Part shown: positions 9,626 to 20,735 of the stretch, piece by piece
Layout of the letters: each line of letters opens with the position of its first letter
Position numbering within the stretch: position 1 is the stretch's first letter
Assembly: GCA_046590675.1 (NCBI GenBank)
Contig: JBKJUP010000022.1
Span: forward strand, 6,961-70,960
DNA: 64,000 nt
Direction of reading: 5' to 3'
From: Ferruginibacter sp.
Lineage (GTDB): Bacteria; Bacteroidota; Bacteroidia; Chitinophagales; Chitinophagaceae
Notes under the pieces: model-generated
What the model was told of the DNA's origin: nothing
What the model saw: the letters and a program-made list of their open reading frames with translations, nothing else
Database searches by the model: none
Translations under genes and position numbers: made by a program

Positions 9626-12600
9626 ATGAAACGTAATTACTTCCTGTACATTATTTTAGTTGTGGGTACCGTTTTTAGTGGCATTACCATCCATGCACAA
9701 AGCACTTTACCAATGAATCCGAAAGTAAAAATGGGGGTGCTTGATAATGGACTTACCTACTATATACTGCCCAATAAAAAACCTGAAAATAAAGTAGAGC
9801 TGCGGCTTGCTGTAAATGCTGGTGCCATCAATGAAAACGATGATCAGCAAGGATTAGCGCACATGTCGGAGCACATGGCGTTTAACGGCACTACTCATTT
9901 TAAAAAGAATGAAATTGTTTCTTTTTTACAGGACATTGGTGTTGGCTTTGGCAATGATCTGAATGCCTATACCAGTTTTGATGAAACGGTTTATATTTTA
10001 CCCATCCCAACCAGCAAACCTGAAAACCTGGAAAAAGGATTCCAGGTATTGGAAGATTGGGCGCACAACGTAACCTATAACAATGATGACATTGACGGTG
10101 AAAGACCAATCATCCTGGAAGAAAGCAGGCTGGGTAAAGGTGCCCAGGACAGGATGTTTAGAAAAATCTATCCTAAATTATTTAAAGGTTCGCTGTATGC
10201 AGATCGTTTGCCAATTGGTAAAGACAGTATCATAAAAAACTTTGCCTATCCTGCCATCAAAAATTTTTACCATGACTGGTATCGTCCTAATTTAATGGCC
10301 GTGATTGTTGTGGGTGATATTACCGTTGCAAAGGCAGAGGAACTTATTAAAAAACATTTCAGCGGTTTAAAGAATCCTGATTCACCGAAAGAAAGGAAAT
10401 ATGCAACTGTACCGGCTTATACAAGTTCGGATGCAATTATAGTGACTGATAAAGAAGCTACCAGCTATGATGTAAGTGTGCAATATCCTGCATTTGCAAA
10501 AAAAGACCTTACCACAGATGTTGACTACAGAAATAGTGTGGTACGTTCTTTATTTTCCACCATTTTTAACCAACGTTTGCAAGAGCTTACACAAAAAGAA
10601 AATCCTCCTTTTGTTTATGCTTATAGTGGCTTTGGTTCTTACGCCAGAGGATACGATGCATTCTCACTTGATGCAGGTGCAGGTACAAACAATCCTGAAA
10701 CAGCACTTACTGCAATGATGACTGAAGTAGAAAGAGCCAAACGCTATGGCTTTACTGAAGCAGAACTTGAAAGAGCAAAAAAGAGCTACCTAAACAGGAT
10801 GGAGAAGGCTTACAATGACCGCGATAAAACAGAGTCGGGAAGGCTGGTACAGGAAGTATTGCAGAATTTTTTGGAGCATGAAGCAATGCCGGGCATTGAA
10901 GTAGAATACGATCTGGCAAAAAAGCAGGTTCCTGGCATAACCTTAGGCGACGTAAATAAAGTGCTGGACATCATTAAAAGCAATACTAATAAACTGGTAG
11001 CAATTACCGGCCCTGAAGCAAATGATAAAGTAGTGTTACCAGATAGTTTACAGGTATTGCAAACACTTGCCGCCGTTGAAAAAGCTGATGTAAAACCGTA
11101 CGAAGAAAAAGCTATTGCCACCAACCTGCTTGCAAAAGAGCCAACTGCAGGCAAAGTAATTTCAAAAAGTACCGATGCAAAACTGGGTACTACAGAATTA
11201 AAATTATCGAACGGTGTAACTGTTACGCTTAAAAAAACAGATTTTAAAAATGATGAGATTGTGTTATCTGCTTCCCGCTACGGTGGTAAGAATGAATATG
11301 GCTTAGCTGATAAATACAATGCAGAATATGCAACCGCCATCGCTGCAACCATGGGCTTCGGTGATTTTTCTCCCACTGATTTACGCAAGGCTTTGGCAGG
11401 CAAAACTGCCAACATCTCAGATGTATTCTCCGGCACAAAAGATGGTTTTAACGGAAGCAGTTCGGTGAAGGATATAGAAACAATGCTGCAGTTATTACAA
11501 CTACATGTAACGGCACCCCGAAAAGACACATCGCTTTTCAATTCGTTTATACAAAAAAACAAATCGCAGCTTGCTATGCTGGGCGCCAATCCACAGGCCG
11601 CTTTTGTTGATACATTTTATAAAGTAATGTATGCCAACAATCCTTTGGCCCCGGTTGCTGTACCACATGCAGAATACTTTGACAATGTGAACCTGGATAA
11701 ATCAATGGCGATTTACAAAGAGCATTTTGGTGACATGAGTGGGATGCAGTTTGCAATTGTTGGTAACATCGATGAGCAAAAAATTATACCATTAATTGAA
11801 AAATACATTGGCTCTTTACCAGCTACAAAAAAGAAATTTACCTATACAGATAATAAAGTAAGAAATGCAAAAGGTAAAATAGACCTGGATACCTATAAAG
11901 GTAAAGAAGAGAAGAGCCTTATATTGGTAGTGTTTTCAGGCGAAGCTCCGTACAATGAAGATGAAGCGTTGAAGGCAGAGGCGTTGACACAAGTATTAAA
12001 CATCCGCATCATTGAAGAACTGAGAGAAAAAGTACAGGGCATATATGGTGGTGGCATATTTGGCGGACTTGAGAAAGTGCCTTACAGCTCTTACGCATTC
12101 ATTGCCCAATTACCATGTGGACCGGAAAAAGCAGACACTTTAACCGAAGCATTGCAAAAGGAAATAACAAAGATTCGTACAAATGGTATTGAAGAAAGTT
12201 ACCTGACAAAAGTGAAGCAACAATGGCTGGAGTCGCACAAAGAAACCATTAAAAGTAATGGCGCCTGGGCCGGAAATATTTTAAGTAGTAAAGTAGAAGG
12301 TGAAAATATAGATCGTTTTACAAACTACGAAAAATACGTAAATGCCCTAACCGTTGCTGATATTAAGAAAGCTGCAAACCTTTACCTAAGTGGAAAAAAT
12401 TTGATGATTGCTACTTTGATGCCGGAGAAATATGATCCGTCAAAAGAAAGCAGCACAGGCGACAGGAAGAATGTAGTGCTGAAACAAATTGATATTAAAT
12501 CAGCAGACATTAAAATTGAGTTGTATGATAATGGTGAAGTAGATGGTGATGAAGTGACCATTTATTTTAATGGCAATGTGGTAAGCAACAAACAAAAGAT

Positions 12601-12796
12601 TACTGAAAAGGCCATCACGATGAATTTAAAAGCTATTCGCAATGCTACCAACGAATTGGTAATGTATGCAGATAACCAGGGGACCATCCCTCCAAATACA
12701 GCTTTGATGAAAGTTTATGTTGATGGTAAAATGTATGAAGTACGCGTTGACTCAGATGAAACTAAAAATGGAGCGATCCGTTTTAATTTGAAGTAG
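9626..12796 (+). CDS. M16 (pitrilysin/PqqL-like) zinc protease with extra C-terminal ~100-aa beta domain
   Basis: HMSEH inverted zinc motif, LNAYTSFDETVY, signal-peptide-like N-terminus, four M16 domains. Confidence 0.9.
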   Translation: MKRNYFLYIILVVGTVFSGITIHAQSTLPMNPKVKMGVLDNGLTYYILPNKKPENKVELRLAVNAGAINENDDQQGLAHMSEHMAFNGTTHFKKNEIVSFLQDIGVGFGNDLNAYTSFDETVYILPIPTSKPENLEKGFQVLEDWAHNVTYNNDDIDGERPIILEESRLGKGAQDRMFRKIYPKLFKGSLYADRLPIGKDSIIKNFAYPAIKNFYHDWYRPNLMAVIVVGDITVAKAEELIKKHFSGLKNPDSPKERKYATVPAYTSSDAIIVTDKEATSYDVSVQYPAFAKKDLTTDVDYRNSVVRSLFSTIFNQRLQELTQKENPPFVYAYSGFGSYARGYDAFSLDAGAGTNNPETALTAMMTEVERAKRYGFTEAELERAKKSYLNRMEKAYNDRDKTESGRLVQEVLQNFLEHEAMPGIEVEYDLAKKQVPGITLGDVNKVLDIIKSNTNKLVAITGPEANDKVVLPDSLQVLQTLAAVEKADVKPYEEKAIATNLLAKEPTAGKVISKSTDAKLGTTELKLSNGVTVTLKKTDFKNDEIVLSASRYGGKNEYGLADKYNAEYATAIAATMGFGDFSPTDLRKALAGKTANISDVFSGTKDGFNGSSSVKDIETMLQLLQLHVTAPRKDTSLFNSFIQKNKSQLAMLGANPQAAFVDTFYKVMYANNPLAPVAVPHAEYFDNVNLDKSMAIYKEHFGDMSGMQFAIVGNIDEQKIIPLIEKYIGSLPATKKKFTYTDNKVRNAKGKIDLDTYKGKEEKSLILVVFSGEAPYNEDEALKAEALTQVLNIRIIEELREKVQGIYGGGIFGGLEKVPYSSYAFIAQLPCGPEKADTLTEALQKEITKIRTNGIEESYLTKVKQQWLESHKETIKSNGAWAGNILSSKVEGENIDRFTNYEKYVNALTVADIKKAANLYLSGKNLMIATLMPEKYDPSKESSTGDRKNVVLKQIDIKSADIKIELYDNGEVDGDEVTIYFNGNVVSNKQKITEKAITMNLKAIRNATNELVMYADNQGTIPPNTALMKVYVDGKMYEVRVDSDETKNGAIRFNLK

Positions 12797-12815
12797 CTGA
12801 TCAATTTTCAGGAAT

Positions 12816-12851
12816 AAAAAAACACCGCAGTTGATAGCTGCGGTGTTTTTT
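12816..12851. terminator. Bidirectional intrinsic terminator between M16 protease and hisIE
   Basis: A-tract-CACCGCAG-TTGATAG-CTGCGGTG-T-tract. Confidence 0.85.
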
Positions 12852-12902
12852 ATTTTAAAGTATTAAAGCCGGTTTAAATTTAATGCTGCAAACAGATTAT
12901 GG

Positions 12903-12973
12903 TGGGAAATGGTGCCATGAAAAAATGAATTTGAATGGAGCGTCGCCACCGCAGTCGCCATGAAATTCAAAAG
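12903..12973 (+). repeat. Dispersed repeat family B, copy 2
   Basis: TGGGAAATGGTGCCATGAAAAAATGAATTTGAATGGAGCGTCGCCACC; near-identical core to 28411 copy. Confidence 0.7.
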
Positions 12974-13033
12974 TTCGTTAACAAAAAAAACAGTCCTAAA
13001 AGTGGCTTTAAATCAGATCAAAGTAATGCCTGT

Positions 13034-13630
13034 TTATTTCTTATGACGTTGTTCCAGGATGCTGGTAATATCCTGTAAAGAATATCCTTTGGCCTGTAGC
13101 AAAATGAGGTAATGAAATAGTAAATCAGCCGCTTCATTTTTAAACAAATCTGCATCATTGTCTTTGGCTTCAATTACAAGCTCAACCGCTTCTTCACCTA
13201 CCTTCTGGGCAATTTTGTTAATGCCCTTTTTAAACAATGAACTGGTATAGGAAACATCCGTTGGATTATTTTTTCTATCCGCTATTATTTCTTCTAACTT
13301 AAAAATAAAATTGGCATCCGTATTTTTTTCATCCCAGCAGGTATCTGCACCGGTGTGACAAACCGGGCCAACCGGCGCCACTTTAATCAACAAGGTATCA
13401 TTGTCGCAATCGGGCTTGATATCTTTTACAATTAAAAAATTTCCACTCTCCTCTCCTTTTGTCCAAAGCCTGTTTTTTGTTCTGCTAAAGAAAGTCACCT
13501 TCTGCAACTCCTGTGTTTTTGCCAATGCTTCTTCATTCATAAAACCAAGCATCAACACTTTGGCGGTACTATCATCCTGTATAATTGCAGGGACCAAACC
13601 ATCACTATATTTTTTAAAATCGATTGTCAT
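13034..13630 (-). CDS. hisIE: Bifunctional phosphoribosyl-AMP cyclohydrolase/phosphoribosyl-ATP pyrophosphatase
   Basis: WTKGEESGN, DCDNDTL, CHTG, KVGEEAVE. Confidence 0.95.
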   Translation of the reverse strand: MTIDFKKYSDGLVPAIIQDDSTAKVLMLGFMNEEALAKTQELQKVTFFSRTKNRLWTKGEESGNFLIVKDIKPDCDNDTLLIKVAPVGPVCHTGADTCWDEKNTDANFIFKLEEIIADRKNNPTDVSYTSSLFKKGINKIAQKVGEEAVELVIEAKDNDADLFKNEAADLLFHYLILLQAKGYSLQDITSILEQRHKK

Positions 13631-13635
13631 AATTT

Positions 13636-14457
13636 TTATATTCTAACAGGGATATGTTGGTTATGTAAATATGCTTTTAAATCAGGTATTTCTATTTCTT
13701 TGTAATGAAAAATGCTGGCGGCTAATGCAGCATCTGCATTTGCTTTTTGAAAAACATCTTTAAAATGTTCCATGTTACCGGCACCGCCGGAAGCAATAAC
13801 CGGTATGGGTAAACTGTTTGCCAATGTTGCGGTGATGTCCAACGCAAAACCGTTTTTTGTTCCATCGTTGTTCATAGACGTTAGTAGTATTTCTCCCACG
13901 CCTAAATCAACCGCCTGCCTGGCCCAATCCACCGTTTTAGTTTCAGTTTTTGTTCTGCCTCCATTTAAATAAACATACCATTCGCCATCTGCTTCTTTCT
14001 TTGTATCTATTGCCAGCACTACACATTGGCTGCCGAATTCGTTGCTTAATCTTTTTATGAGGGCAGATTCTTTATAAGCGGCTGTATTCACAGAAACTTT
14101 ATCTGCACCATTTTGTAATAAAAGCGATACATCTTCCACGGTGCTGATACCACCCCCTACCGTAAAAGGAATATTGATATGAGCAGCAATTCTTTTAACC
14201 AACTCCACCAGTGTTTTTCGCTTTTCTACTGTTGCAGTGATGTCAAGAAAAACCAATTCATCCGCACCTTTTGCGGAATATATTACAGCCAGCTCAACCG
14301 GGTCGCCGGCATCACGGATAGATTCAAAATTAATTCCCTTTACCGTTCTTCCATCCCGGATATCGAGGCATGGAATAATTCTTTTGGTAAGTGCATGTTC
14401 CACTTCAGTGGGCGCTGAGGTAGCCGATGGTTCAATATTGTTTAAATGATCATTCAT
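13636..14457 (-). CDS. hisF: Imidazole glycerol phosphate synthase cyclase subunit
   Basis: [26 protein letters not shown]; start could be a downstream GTG. Confidence 0.95.
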   Translation of the reverse strand: MNDHLNNIEPSATSAPTEVEHALTKRIIPCLDIRDGRTVKGINFESIRDAGDPVELAVIYSAKGADELVFLDITATVEKRKTLVELVKRIAAHINIPFTVGGGISTVEDVSLLLQNGADKVSVNTAAYKESALIKRLSNEFGSQCVVLAIDTKKEADGEWYVYLNGGRTKTETKTVDWARQAVDLGVGEILLTSMNNDGTKNGFALDITATLANSLPIPVIASGGAGNMEHFKDVFQKANADAALAASIFHYKEIEIPDLKAYLHNQHIPVRI

Positions 14458-14487
14458 TATAAACTAAAACAGTTTTAGTAAATTAAT

Positions 14488-15222
14488 TTAGTTGAAATAC
14501 ACCTGATTTGCTTTTGCCTCAAATGGATTCAGCGGCACCTTTCCTTCGTAAATGGCTTTACCGATGATGGCGCCCTGGCAACCAATTTCTTTTAACTGCA
14601 ATACGTCATTCACATTACTTACTCCCCCACTTGCAATTAAATTTACCTCCGGATGTTCAGCCATAATTTGCTTGTACAATTCAAGCGAAGGCCCTTCCAT
14701 GGCGCCATCTTTTGAAATATCTGTACAAAAAATATTGGTAACACCCAGCCCAAGCATCTTACCAATAAAATCAAAAATGTTAATGCCGCCATCAACGAGC
14801 CAGCCACTGATTTTTATTTTACCATCGAGTACATCGGCACCCACCATAAATTTTTGTGTACCAAATTCCATCAGCCATTCTTCTAATACTTCCGGATGTT
14901 TTACAGCAAGGCTGCCAATGGTAACCATCTGTGCGCCTGCATCAAAAATATTACTCACATCTGTTATAGATTTTACACCACCACCAAAATCGATTACAAG
15001 ATTGGTTTCCGCAGCTACGGCCTCCAATGTTTTTATATTGATGATTTTGCCTGCCTTTGCGCCGTCCAGATCAACCATGTGCAAACGCTCAATGCCTGCT
15101 GCTTCAAATTGTTTTGCAACTTCAACCGGGTTATCATTGTAAACTATTTTTTGAGCATAGTCGCCCTGTTTTAACCTTACACATTTTCCATCAATAATGT
15201 CGATAGCCGGAATGATTGTCAT
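14488..15222 (-). CDS. hisA: ProFAR isomerase
   Basis: IIPAIDIIDGKCVRLKQGD, TDISKDG, IASGGV. Confidence 0.95.
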   Translation of the reverse strand: MTIIPAIDIIDGKCVRLKQGDYAQKIVYNDNPVEVAKQFEAAGIERLHMVDLDGAKAGKIINIKTLEAVAAETNLVIDFGGGVKSITDVSNIFDAGAQMVTIGSLAVKHPEVLEEWLMEFGTQKFMVGADVLDGKIKISGWLVDGGINIFDFIGKMLGLGVTNIFCTDISKDGAMEGPSLELYKQIMAEHPEVNLIASGGVSNVNDVLQLKEIGCQGAIIGKAIYEGKVPLNPFEAKANQVYFN

Positions 15223-15803
15223 GATATGTTGATAAAGTTTTTAATAATTGTTTCTCCAACCAAACCCGATTTTTCCGGGTGAAATTGTACCGCGTAAAAA
15301 TTACCCTTTCCCATAGCAGCGCTATAGGGAAGCACATAATTTGTTTTTGCAATTGTATCAGCTCCTAATGCAGCATAGTAACTATGAACTGCATATACAA
15401 AATCGTTGCCTGCCAACCCGCTAAATAAGGGCGCATTGTAATCATAAATATTGTTCCAGCCAATCTGCGGCACTTTTAAAGTGGGTGATTTAAACAATTT
15501 CACATCCTCATCAAAGATACCTAAACAGGTGGTGTCACCCTCTTCTGAATATTTGCACATTAACTGAAGCCCAAGACAGATGCCCAACACAGGCTGCTGC
15601 AATGAGGTGATTATTTTATCCAGTCCTCTTTTTCTTAAATAATCCATTGCAGGTGCCGCATGGCCTACACCCGGAAAGATCACTTTATCTGCCCCCCTGA
15701 TCAATGCTTCATCATCTGTAACAATGGATTCAACCCCCAGTCGTTGCAATGCATACTGTACACTTTGAACATTACCGGCATTGTATTTTATTATTGCTAT
15801 CAT
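15219..15803 (-). CDS. hisH: Imidazole glycerol phosphate synthase glutaminase subunit
   Basis: PGVG, LGICLGLQ, QFHPEKS. Confidence 0.95.
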   Translation of the reverse strand: MIAIIKYNAGNVQSVQYALQRLGVESIVTDDEALIRGADKVIFPGVGHAAPAMDYLRKRGLDKIITSLQQPVLGICLGLQLMCKYSEEGDTTCLGIFDEDVKLFKSPTLKVPQIGWNNIYDYNAPLFSGLAGNDFVYAVHSYYAALGADTIAKTNYVLPYSAAMGKGNFYAVQFHPEKSGLVGETIIKNFINIS

Positions 15804-15823
15804 ACATCAATGTGCTAAAGAAG

Positions 15824-16978
15824 TTAAAGAATTCCTTTTGTGCTTGGCAATGCATTGTTATGAATATCTCTTTTTACCGCCATTTTTATTGCCTTCGCAA
15901 AACCTTTAAAAATCGCCTCAACTTTATGATGCTCATTTTCGCCTTCGGCTTTAATATTCAAATTGCATTTTGCAGCATCGCTGAATGATTTAAAAAAGTG
16001 AAAGAACATTTCTGTTGGCATTTCACCAATCTTTTCTCTTGTAAATTCTGCATCCCAAACTATCCAGCTTCTTCCGCCAAAGTCGATGCCCACCTGTGCC
16101 AGGCAATCATCCATGGGCAATAAAAAACCGTACCGCTCAATGCCCCTTTTATTCCCGAGCGCTTTTGCAATGGCTTCTCCCAATGCAATACCTGTGTCTT
16201 CAATACTGTGATGTTCATCAATATGTAAGTCGCCATTGCAGGTAATTGCCAAATCAATATTACCATGCCTTGCAAGCTGATCCAGCATGTGATCAAAAAA
16301 TGCAAGCCCTGTATTCATTGATGATTTACCGTCGCCATCCAGGTTTACTTCTACCGTTATTTTTGTTTCATTGGTATTGCGCTCATGCACAATTTTTCTT
16401 GGAGGTAACTTTAAATACTCATAAATATCTTTCCAGTTGGGTGTTTCAAGAATGATCACATCTTTTTTAAGATCGGTAATGGTATCACTTATTTCTGAAG
16501 CCCCCAGCGACGGATCATTGTTTAACCAAAACCCTTTGCAACCAAGATTTTTTGCCAACTGCATATCGGTAATCCTGTCGCCGATTACAAAAGATTCAGC
16601 CAGGTTATAGGCCGGATTGTTTATATATTTTGTGAGCATTGCTGTACCCGGCTTGCGGGTAGGTGCATTGTCTTTTGGGAAAGTTCGGTCAATACAAACT
16701 TCTGCAAAATGAATGGATTCGTTTGCCAGGCTTTTCAGTACAAAATTATGCACCGGCCAAAATGTATTTTCAGGAAATGATTCAGTGCCCAGCCCATCCT
16801 GGTTTGTAACCATCACCATTTCAAAATTTAATTCAGTAGCAATTTTTCGCAGGTATTCAAACATACCCGGATAAAATTCAAGCTTGTCAAAACTATCCAA
16901 CTGGTAGGTAGGTGGCGCCTCTTTTATAAGCACGCCATCCCGATCGATGAACAATATTTTTTTAGGATTACTTTCCAT
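15824..16978 (-). CDS. hisB: Bifunctional histidinol-phosphatase/IGP dehydratase
   Basis: N-terminal HAD FIDRDG plus IGPD motifs [23 protein letters not shown]. Confidence 0.95.
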   Translation of the reverse strand: MESNPKKILFIDRDGVLIKEAPPTYQLDSFDKLEFYPGMFEYLRKIATELNFEMVMVTNQDGLGTESFPENTFWPVHNFVLKSLANESIHFAEVCIDRTFPKDNAPTRKPGTAMLTKYINNPAYNLAESFVIGDRITDMQLAKNLGCKGFWLNNDPSLGASEISDTITDLKKDVIILETPNWKDIYEYLKLPPRKIVHERNTNETKITVEVNLDGDGKSSMNTGLAFFDHMLDQLARHGNIDLAITCNGDLHIDEHHSIEDTGIALGEAIAKALGNKRGIERYGFLLPMDDCLAQVGIDFGGRSWIVWDAEFTREKIGEMPTEMFFHFFKSFSDAAKCNLNIKAEGENEHHKVEAIFKGFAKAIKMAVKRDIHNNALPSTKGIL

Positions 16979-18077
16979 AGCTTTTCAATAATTTTAAGAG
17001 TTGCTTATTTTCTTCCGGCGTTCCGATGGTAATTCTCAAACAGTTTTCGCAACCTGTATCATTGCTCCTGTTGCGAACTACAATTTCGTGTTTTGTAAGA
17101 AAATTATAAACGGCAACAGCATCCAAAACTTTTACCAATAAAAAGTTAGCATCACTATTATATACTTTTTGTACAAAAGATAATTTTGAAAGCGCTAAAG
17201 CAAGTGTAGCCCTTTGACCTACCACTTCTTTGATCCAGTTATTTACCTGTTCAGTATGTGCAAGCGCTTCCAGTGCAAGCTCCTGCGATGCCTCATTGAT
17301 ATTATAAGGTGGCTTTACTTTATTAAACAAATCGATGATTGGTAAGGAAGCAAATCCAAGCCCAAGCCTTAATGCTGCAAGTCCCCAGGCTTTGGAGAGT
17401 GTTTGCATAACAATCAGATTAGGATATTCTGTAAGCTCCTGAATAAAAGTTTTTTGGCGGGAGTAATTGATATATGCTTCATCAATGATCACTATTCCCG
17501 GAAAATTATTTAACAAGGTTTCAATGTCGCTTCTGTTCATATTATTACCTGTAGGGTTATTGGGCGAACAGATAAATAATAATTTTGTATTGGCATCTAC
17601 TGCTTCAAGAATGGCATCTACATCCAATTGAAAATCGGGTGTAAGCACTACTTTCTTGATGGGAACATTGTTGATGTTAGCGCTCACCTCGTACATGCCG
17701 TAAGTTGGCGGACATACAATAACATTATCCGTTTTAGGTTCGCAGAAAATCCTAAAGGCAAGGTCTATTACTTCATCACTGCCGTTTCCAATAAAAATAT
17801 GTTCGGCGGGGACTCCTTTTATCCGGGCTATTTCAAATTTCAATTGCCATTGGTATGGATCGGGATAACGATTAAAATTGTCTTCCAGCGGGGAGCCATA
17901 GGCATTTTCATTTGCATCGAGTAATACAGAAGCTTTACCTGTAAACTCGTGCCGTGCAGATGAATATGGTTTGAGTGTTTTGATATTTTCGCGTACCAAC
18001 ACATTAATATCCCTGGCGGTACTTAGCGGTGGTTTACCTGCTCCTTCTTTATTTGAGGTGTCATTCATTGTTGACAA
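16968..18077 (-). CDS. hisC: Histidinol-phosphate aminotransferase
   Basis: [38 protein letters not shown]. Confidence 0.95.
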   Translation of the reverse strand: MSTMNDTSNKEGAGKPPLSTARDINVLVRENIKTLKPYSSARHEFTGKASVLLDANENAYGSPLEDNFNRYPDPYQWQLKFEIARIKGVPAEHIFIGNGSDEVIDLAFRIFCEPKTDNVIVCPPTYGMYEVSANINNVPIKKVVLTPDFQLDVDAILEAVDANTKLLFICSPNNPTGNNMNRSDIETLLNNFPGIVIIDEAYINYSRQKTFIQELTEYPNLIVMQTLSKAWGLAALRLGLGFASLPIIDLFNKVKPPYNINEASQELALEALAHTEQVNNWIKEVVGQRATLALALSKLSFVQKVYNSDANFLLVKVLDAVAVYNFLTKHEIVVRNRSNDTGCENCLRITIGTPEENKQLLKLLKSYGK

Positions 18078-18124
18078 AATTTATACAACTTTAATAGAAA
18101 TATACTACGTTATCCGGATCAGTT

Positions 18125-19408
18125 TCAGCGATGCGCCAACCTTAAACTAACAGCATTTTTATGAGCATCCAACCCTTCAGCCGCAGCCATCGTTTCCACT
18201 GCCGGGCCAATTGCTTCAATCCCTTTTTTATCTACCTGCTGAAAAGTAATTTTTTTTACAAAACTATCCAGCGACACGCCGCTATAAGCCTTTGCATAGC
18301 CATTGGTTGGCAAAGTATGGTTGGTACCCGATGCATAATCACCCACACTTTCCGGCGAATAATGTCCTAAAAAAACACTTCCGGCATTCACTACTTTTTC
18401 CGAAATAACAGGTGCATTGTCTGAAGCTATGATCAAATGTTCTGCCGCGTATTCATTTAATAAATCAAAAGCTTCCTCTACATTTTCCATTACAATAAAA
18501 CGACTGTTTTGCAAGGCTGCGGCAGCAAGTTCTTTTCTTGGCAATCGTGATAATTGTTGCTCCAATTCAATTTGTACAGCTTCAATAATTTCAGCAGAAG
18601 TTGCCACCAATAATACCTGGCTATCGACGCCGTGTTCGGCCTGGCTCAACAGATCAGCAGCTACAAATGCAGGCACACAGGTAGCATCTGCATAAACCGC
18701 CACTTCGCTGGGACCTGCAGGCATATCAATCGCAATGCCTTCCTTATTTACCAGTTGCTTGGCACTGGTTACATATTGATTTCCTGGGCCAAATATTTTA
18801 TAAACCTGTGGGATAGTTTGCGTACCATAAGCCATTGCCCCAATTGCCTGCACGCCACCAATCTTAAAAATATTTTTTAAGCCGATCAACTTGGCTACAT
18901 ACAATATAACCGGATTTACCTGGCCATTTTTATCACAAGGTGTACAAACTATTATTTCTTTGCAACCAGCAATATTTGCCGGAATACCCAACATTAATAA
19001 AGTGGAAAATAAGGGGGCAGTACCACCGGGAATATATAATCCCACTTTTTGAATGGCCACTGATTTTCTCCAACATGTTACGCCAACAGTCGTTTCAATT
19101 TTTTCTATATCCTGAAATTGTGCAGCATGAAATTTTTGAATATTATTTTTTGCCAGTTGGATGGCGGCTTTAAGCTCATCGCTTACTAACTCTGCTGCTG
19201 CTATTATTTCAGCCTCTGTTACTTTCAACTCATTTAATTGCACTTTGTCGAACTGCAGTGCATACTTTTTTATGGCATCATCTCCATTCATTTTTACATC
19301 CAGCAAAATGGCCGATACGTTTACTTCCAGCGCCTTGCTATCAAAGGTGGGCCGTTTTAATATTGCCGGCCATTCAGCGTTAAGTGGATTTGTAAATATT
19401 TTATTCAT
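18125..19408 (-). CDS. hisD: Histidinol dehydrogenase
   Basis: VGLYIPGG, DMPAGPSE, DLLSQAEH, GDYASGTNHTLPT; start placed at MNKIF (19426 also possible). Confidence 0.95.
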   Translation of the reverse strand: MNKIFTNPLNAEWPAILKRPTFDSKALEVNVSAILLDVKMNGDDAIKKYALQFDKVQLNELKVTEAEIIAAAELVSDELKAAIQLAKNNIQKFHAAQFQDIEKIETTVGVTCWRKSVAIQKVGLYIPGGTAPLFSTLLMLGIPANIAGCKEIIVCTPCDKNGQVNPVILYVAKLIGLKNIFKIGGVQAIGAMAYGTQTIPQVYKIFGPGNQYVTSAKQLVNKEGIAIDMPAGPSEVAVYADATCVPAFVAADLLSQAEHGVDSQVLLVATSAEIIEAVQIELEQQLSRLPRKELAAAALQNSRFIVMENVEEAFDLLNEYAAEHLIIASDNAPVISEKVVNAGSVFLGHYSPESVGDYASGTNHTLPTNGYAKAYSGVSLDSFVKKITFQQVDKKGIEAIGPAVETMAAAEGLDAHKNAVSLRLAHR

Positions 19409-19555
19409 AATTAAATCTGTGATCAAATTTTACGGTTTCAATAACTGGCTTATTTTAATACTTATATCAATTGAATCAAAACAATCAACCTATTGGAACA
19501 AGGAATAAATTAGTGTACAATTTTTTATGAACCAAGCAGAAGTTTTCCAATTTAG

Positions 19556-19580
19556 CTTCAGTGGCGTCGCACTCTTGTGC
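19556..19580 (+). repeat. Short dispersed repeat family A, copy 1
   Basis: CTTCAGTGGCGTCGCACTCTTGTGC; 24/25 identical to 50600 copy. Confidence 0.8.
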
Positions 19581-19655
19581 ATTGTATCAACGATGAGCAA
19601 AATACCAACTCACTAATTTACCCGTGGCGAAGTATACATTGAAAGCATGCTGCTG

Positions 19656-20507
19656 TTAAACAATCATTTTTTCAATTGGCATGACTATAATTCCTTCTGC
19701 CTGGTATTGCTTCAATTTTTCAATTACTTCCCAAAAATCATTTTCATTTACAACACTCTGCACGCTGCTCCAGCCTTCTTCTGCCAATGGCACAACGGTG
19801 GGGCTTTTCATTCCCGGTAGTAAAGAGAAGATATTCTTCAACTGGGAATTGGGCGCATTTAGCAGGATGTATTTATTATTTTTTGCTGTTTTTACGGCGT
19901 TGATCCTTAACAGTAATTTTTCAAGAATGGCTTTATTTTCTTCAGACAATTCTTTATGAGCTGCCAACACCGCTTCTGACTGAAGGATTACTTCTACTTC
20001 TTTTAACCCATTTGTAAAAAGTGTACTTCCACTGCTTACCAAATCGCAAATACCTTCAGCCAGGCCGATACCGGGAGCAATCTCCACCGAACCGCTGATT
20101 TCATGTATTTCGGCATTGATCTTATTTGAAGTTAAATATCGTTGCAGAATATGCGCATAAGATGTAGCAATTTTCAATCCTTCCATATCCTGGATTGAAT
20201 TATATTCCATGGTTTTAGGAACTGCAATACTGAGTCTGCATCTGCCAAAACCCAGGCGATAAACGATGTTGACATCTTTATTTTTTTCCAGTACCACATT
20301 CTCGCCTACGATGCCGATGTCGGCAACACCATCATATACATATTGTGGAATATCATCGTCACGCAGAAAATAAACTTCCAACGGAAAATTAAAAGCAGCA
20401 GCCTTTAGTTGTTTGTTACCATTGTTTAATTCGATACCGCACTCCTTTAACAGTTTAATGGAGTCTTCATACAACCGACCTGATTTTTGAATAGCAATTT
20501 TTAACAT
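19656..20507 (-). CDS. hisG: ATP phosphoribosyltransferase (long form)
   Basis: MLKIAIQKSGRL, LRDDDIP, GSVEIAP, DLVSSGSTL; start at 20507. Confidence 0.96.
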   Translation of the reverse strand: MLKIAIQKSGRLYEDSIKLLKECGIELNNGNKQLKAAAFNFPLEVYFLRDDDIPQYVYDGVADIGIVGENVVLEKNKDVNIVYRLGFGRCRLSIAVPKTMEYNSIQDMEGLKIATSYAHILQRYLTSNKINAEIHEISGSVEIAPGIGLAEGICDLVSSGSTLFTNGLKEVEVILQSEAVLAAHKELSEENKAILEKLLLRINAVKTAKNNKYILLNAPNSQLKNIFSLLPGMKSPTVVPLAEEGWSSVQSVVNENDFWEVIEKLKQYQAEGIIVMPIEKMIV

Positions 20508-20568
20508 AGTTATTTTTTGAGACCCTGATTTAAAATTCAACCCGGCTTGTGTAGCCGTAATTTTAAAC

Positions 20569-20604
20569 AAAAAAAGGACTTACCTTTTGAGTAAGCCCTT
20601 TTTT
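20569..20604 (-). terminator. his attenuator terminator
   Basis: Minus strand GGGCTTAC-TCAAAAG-GTAAGTCC-TTTTTTT between leader ORF and hisG. Confidence 0.85.
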
Positions 20605-20641
20605 GAAAATATGTTTAATACTACATACACATCAGCATAGC

Positions 20642-20689
20642 TTACCCAATGGCAAAATGATGATGATGTATGTGATTGAATGTGTTCAT
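20642..20689 (-). CDS. his operon leader peptide (hisL-like)
   Basis: MNTFNHIHHHHFAIG* with 5 His; followed by terminator; leader end GGTAAGC can pair with the terminator 5' arm GCTTAC. Confidence 0.9.
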   Translation of the reverse strand: MNTFNHIHHHHFAIG

Positions 20690-20735
20690 TTGAATTGCAA
20701 AGTAAGGGCTGATAAATTATTTTACCAAATAAAAT

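Noticed and set aside
13034-20507. Enterobacteria-like his gene order with fused HisB and HisIE as a novelty
   Set aside because: Compact his operons with these fusions are already known in Bacteroidota
20508-20570. Track start of hisG at 20570
   Set aside because: TTG start at the attenuator terminator; conserved HisG begins MLKIAIQK at 20507
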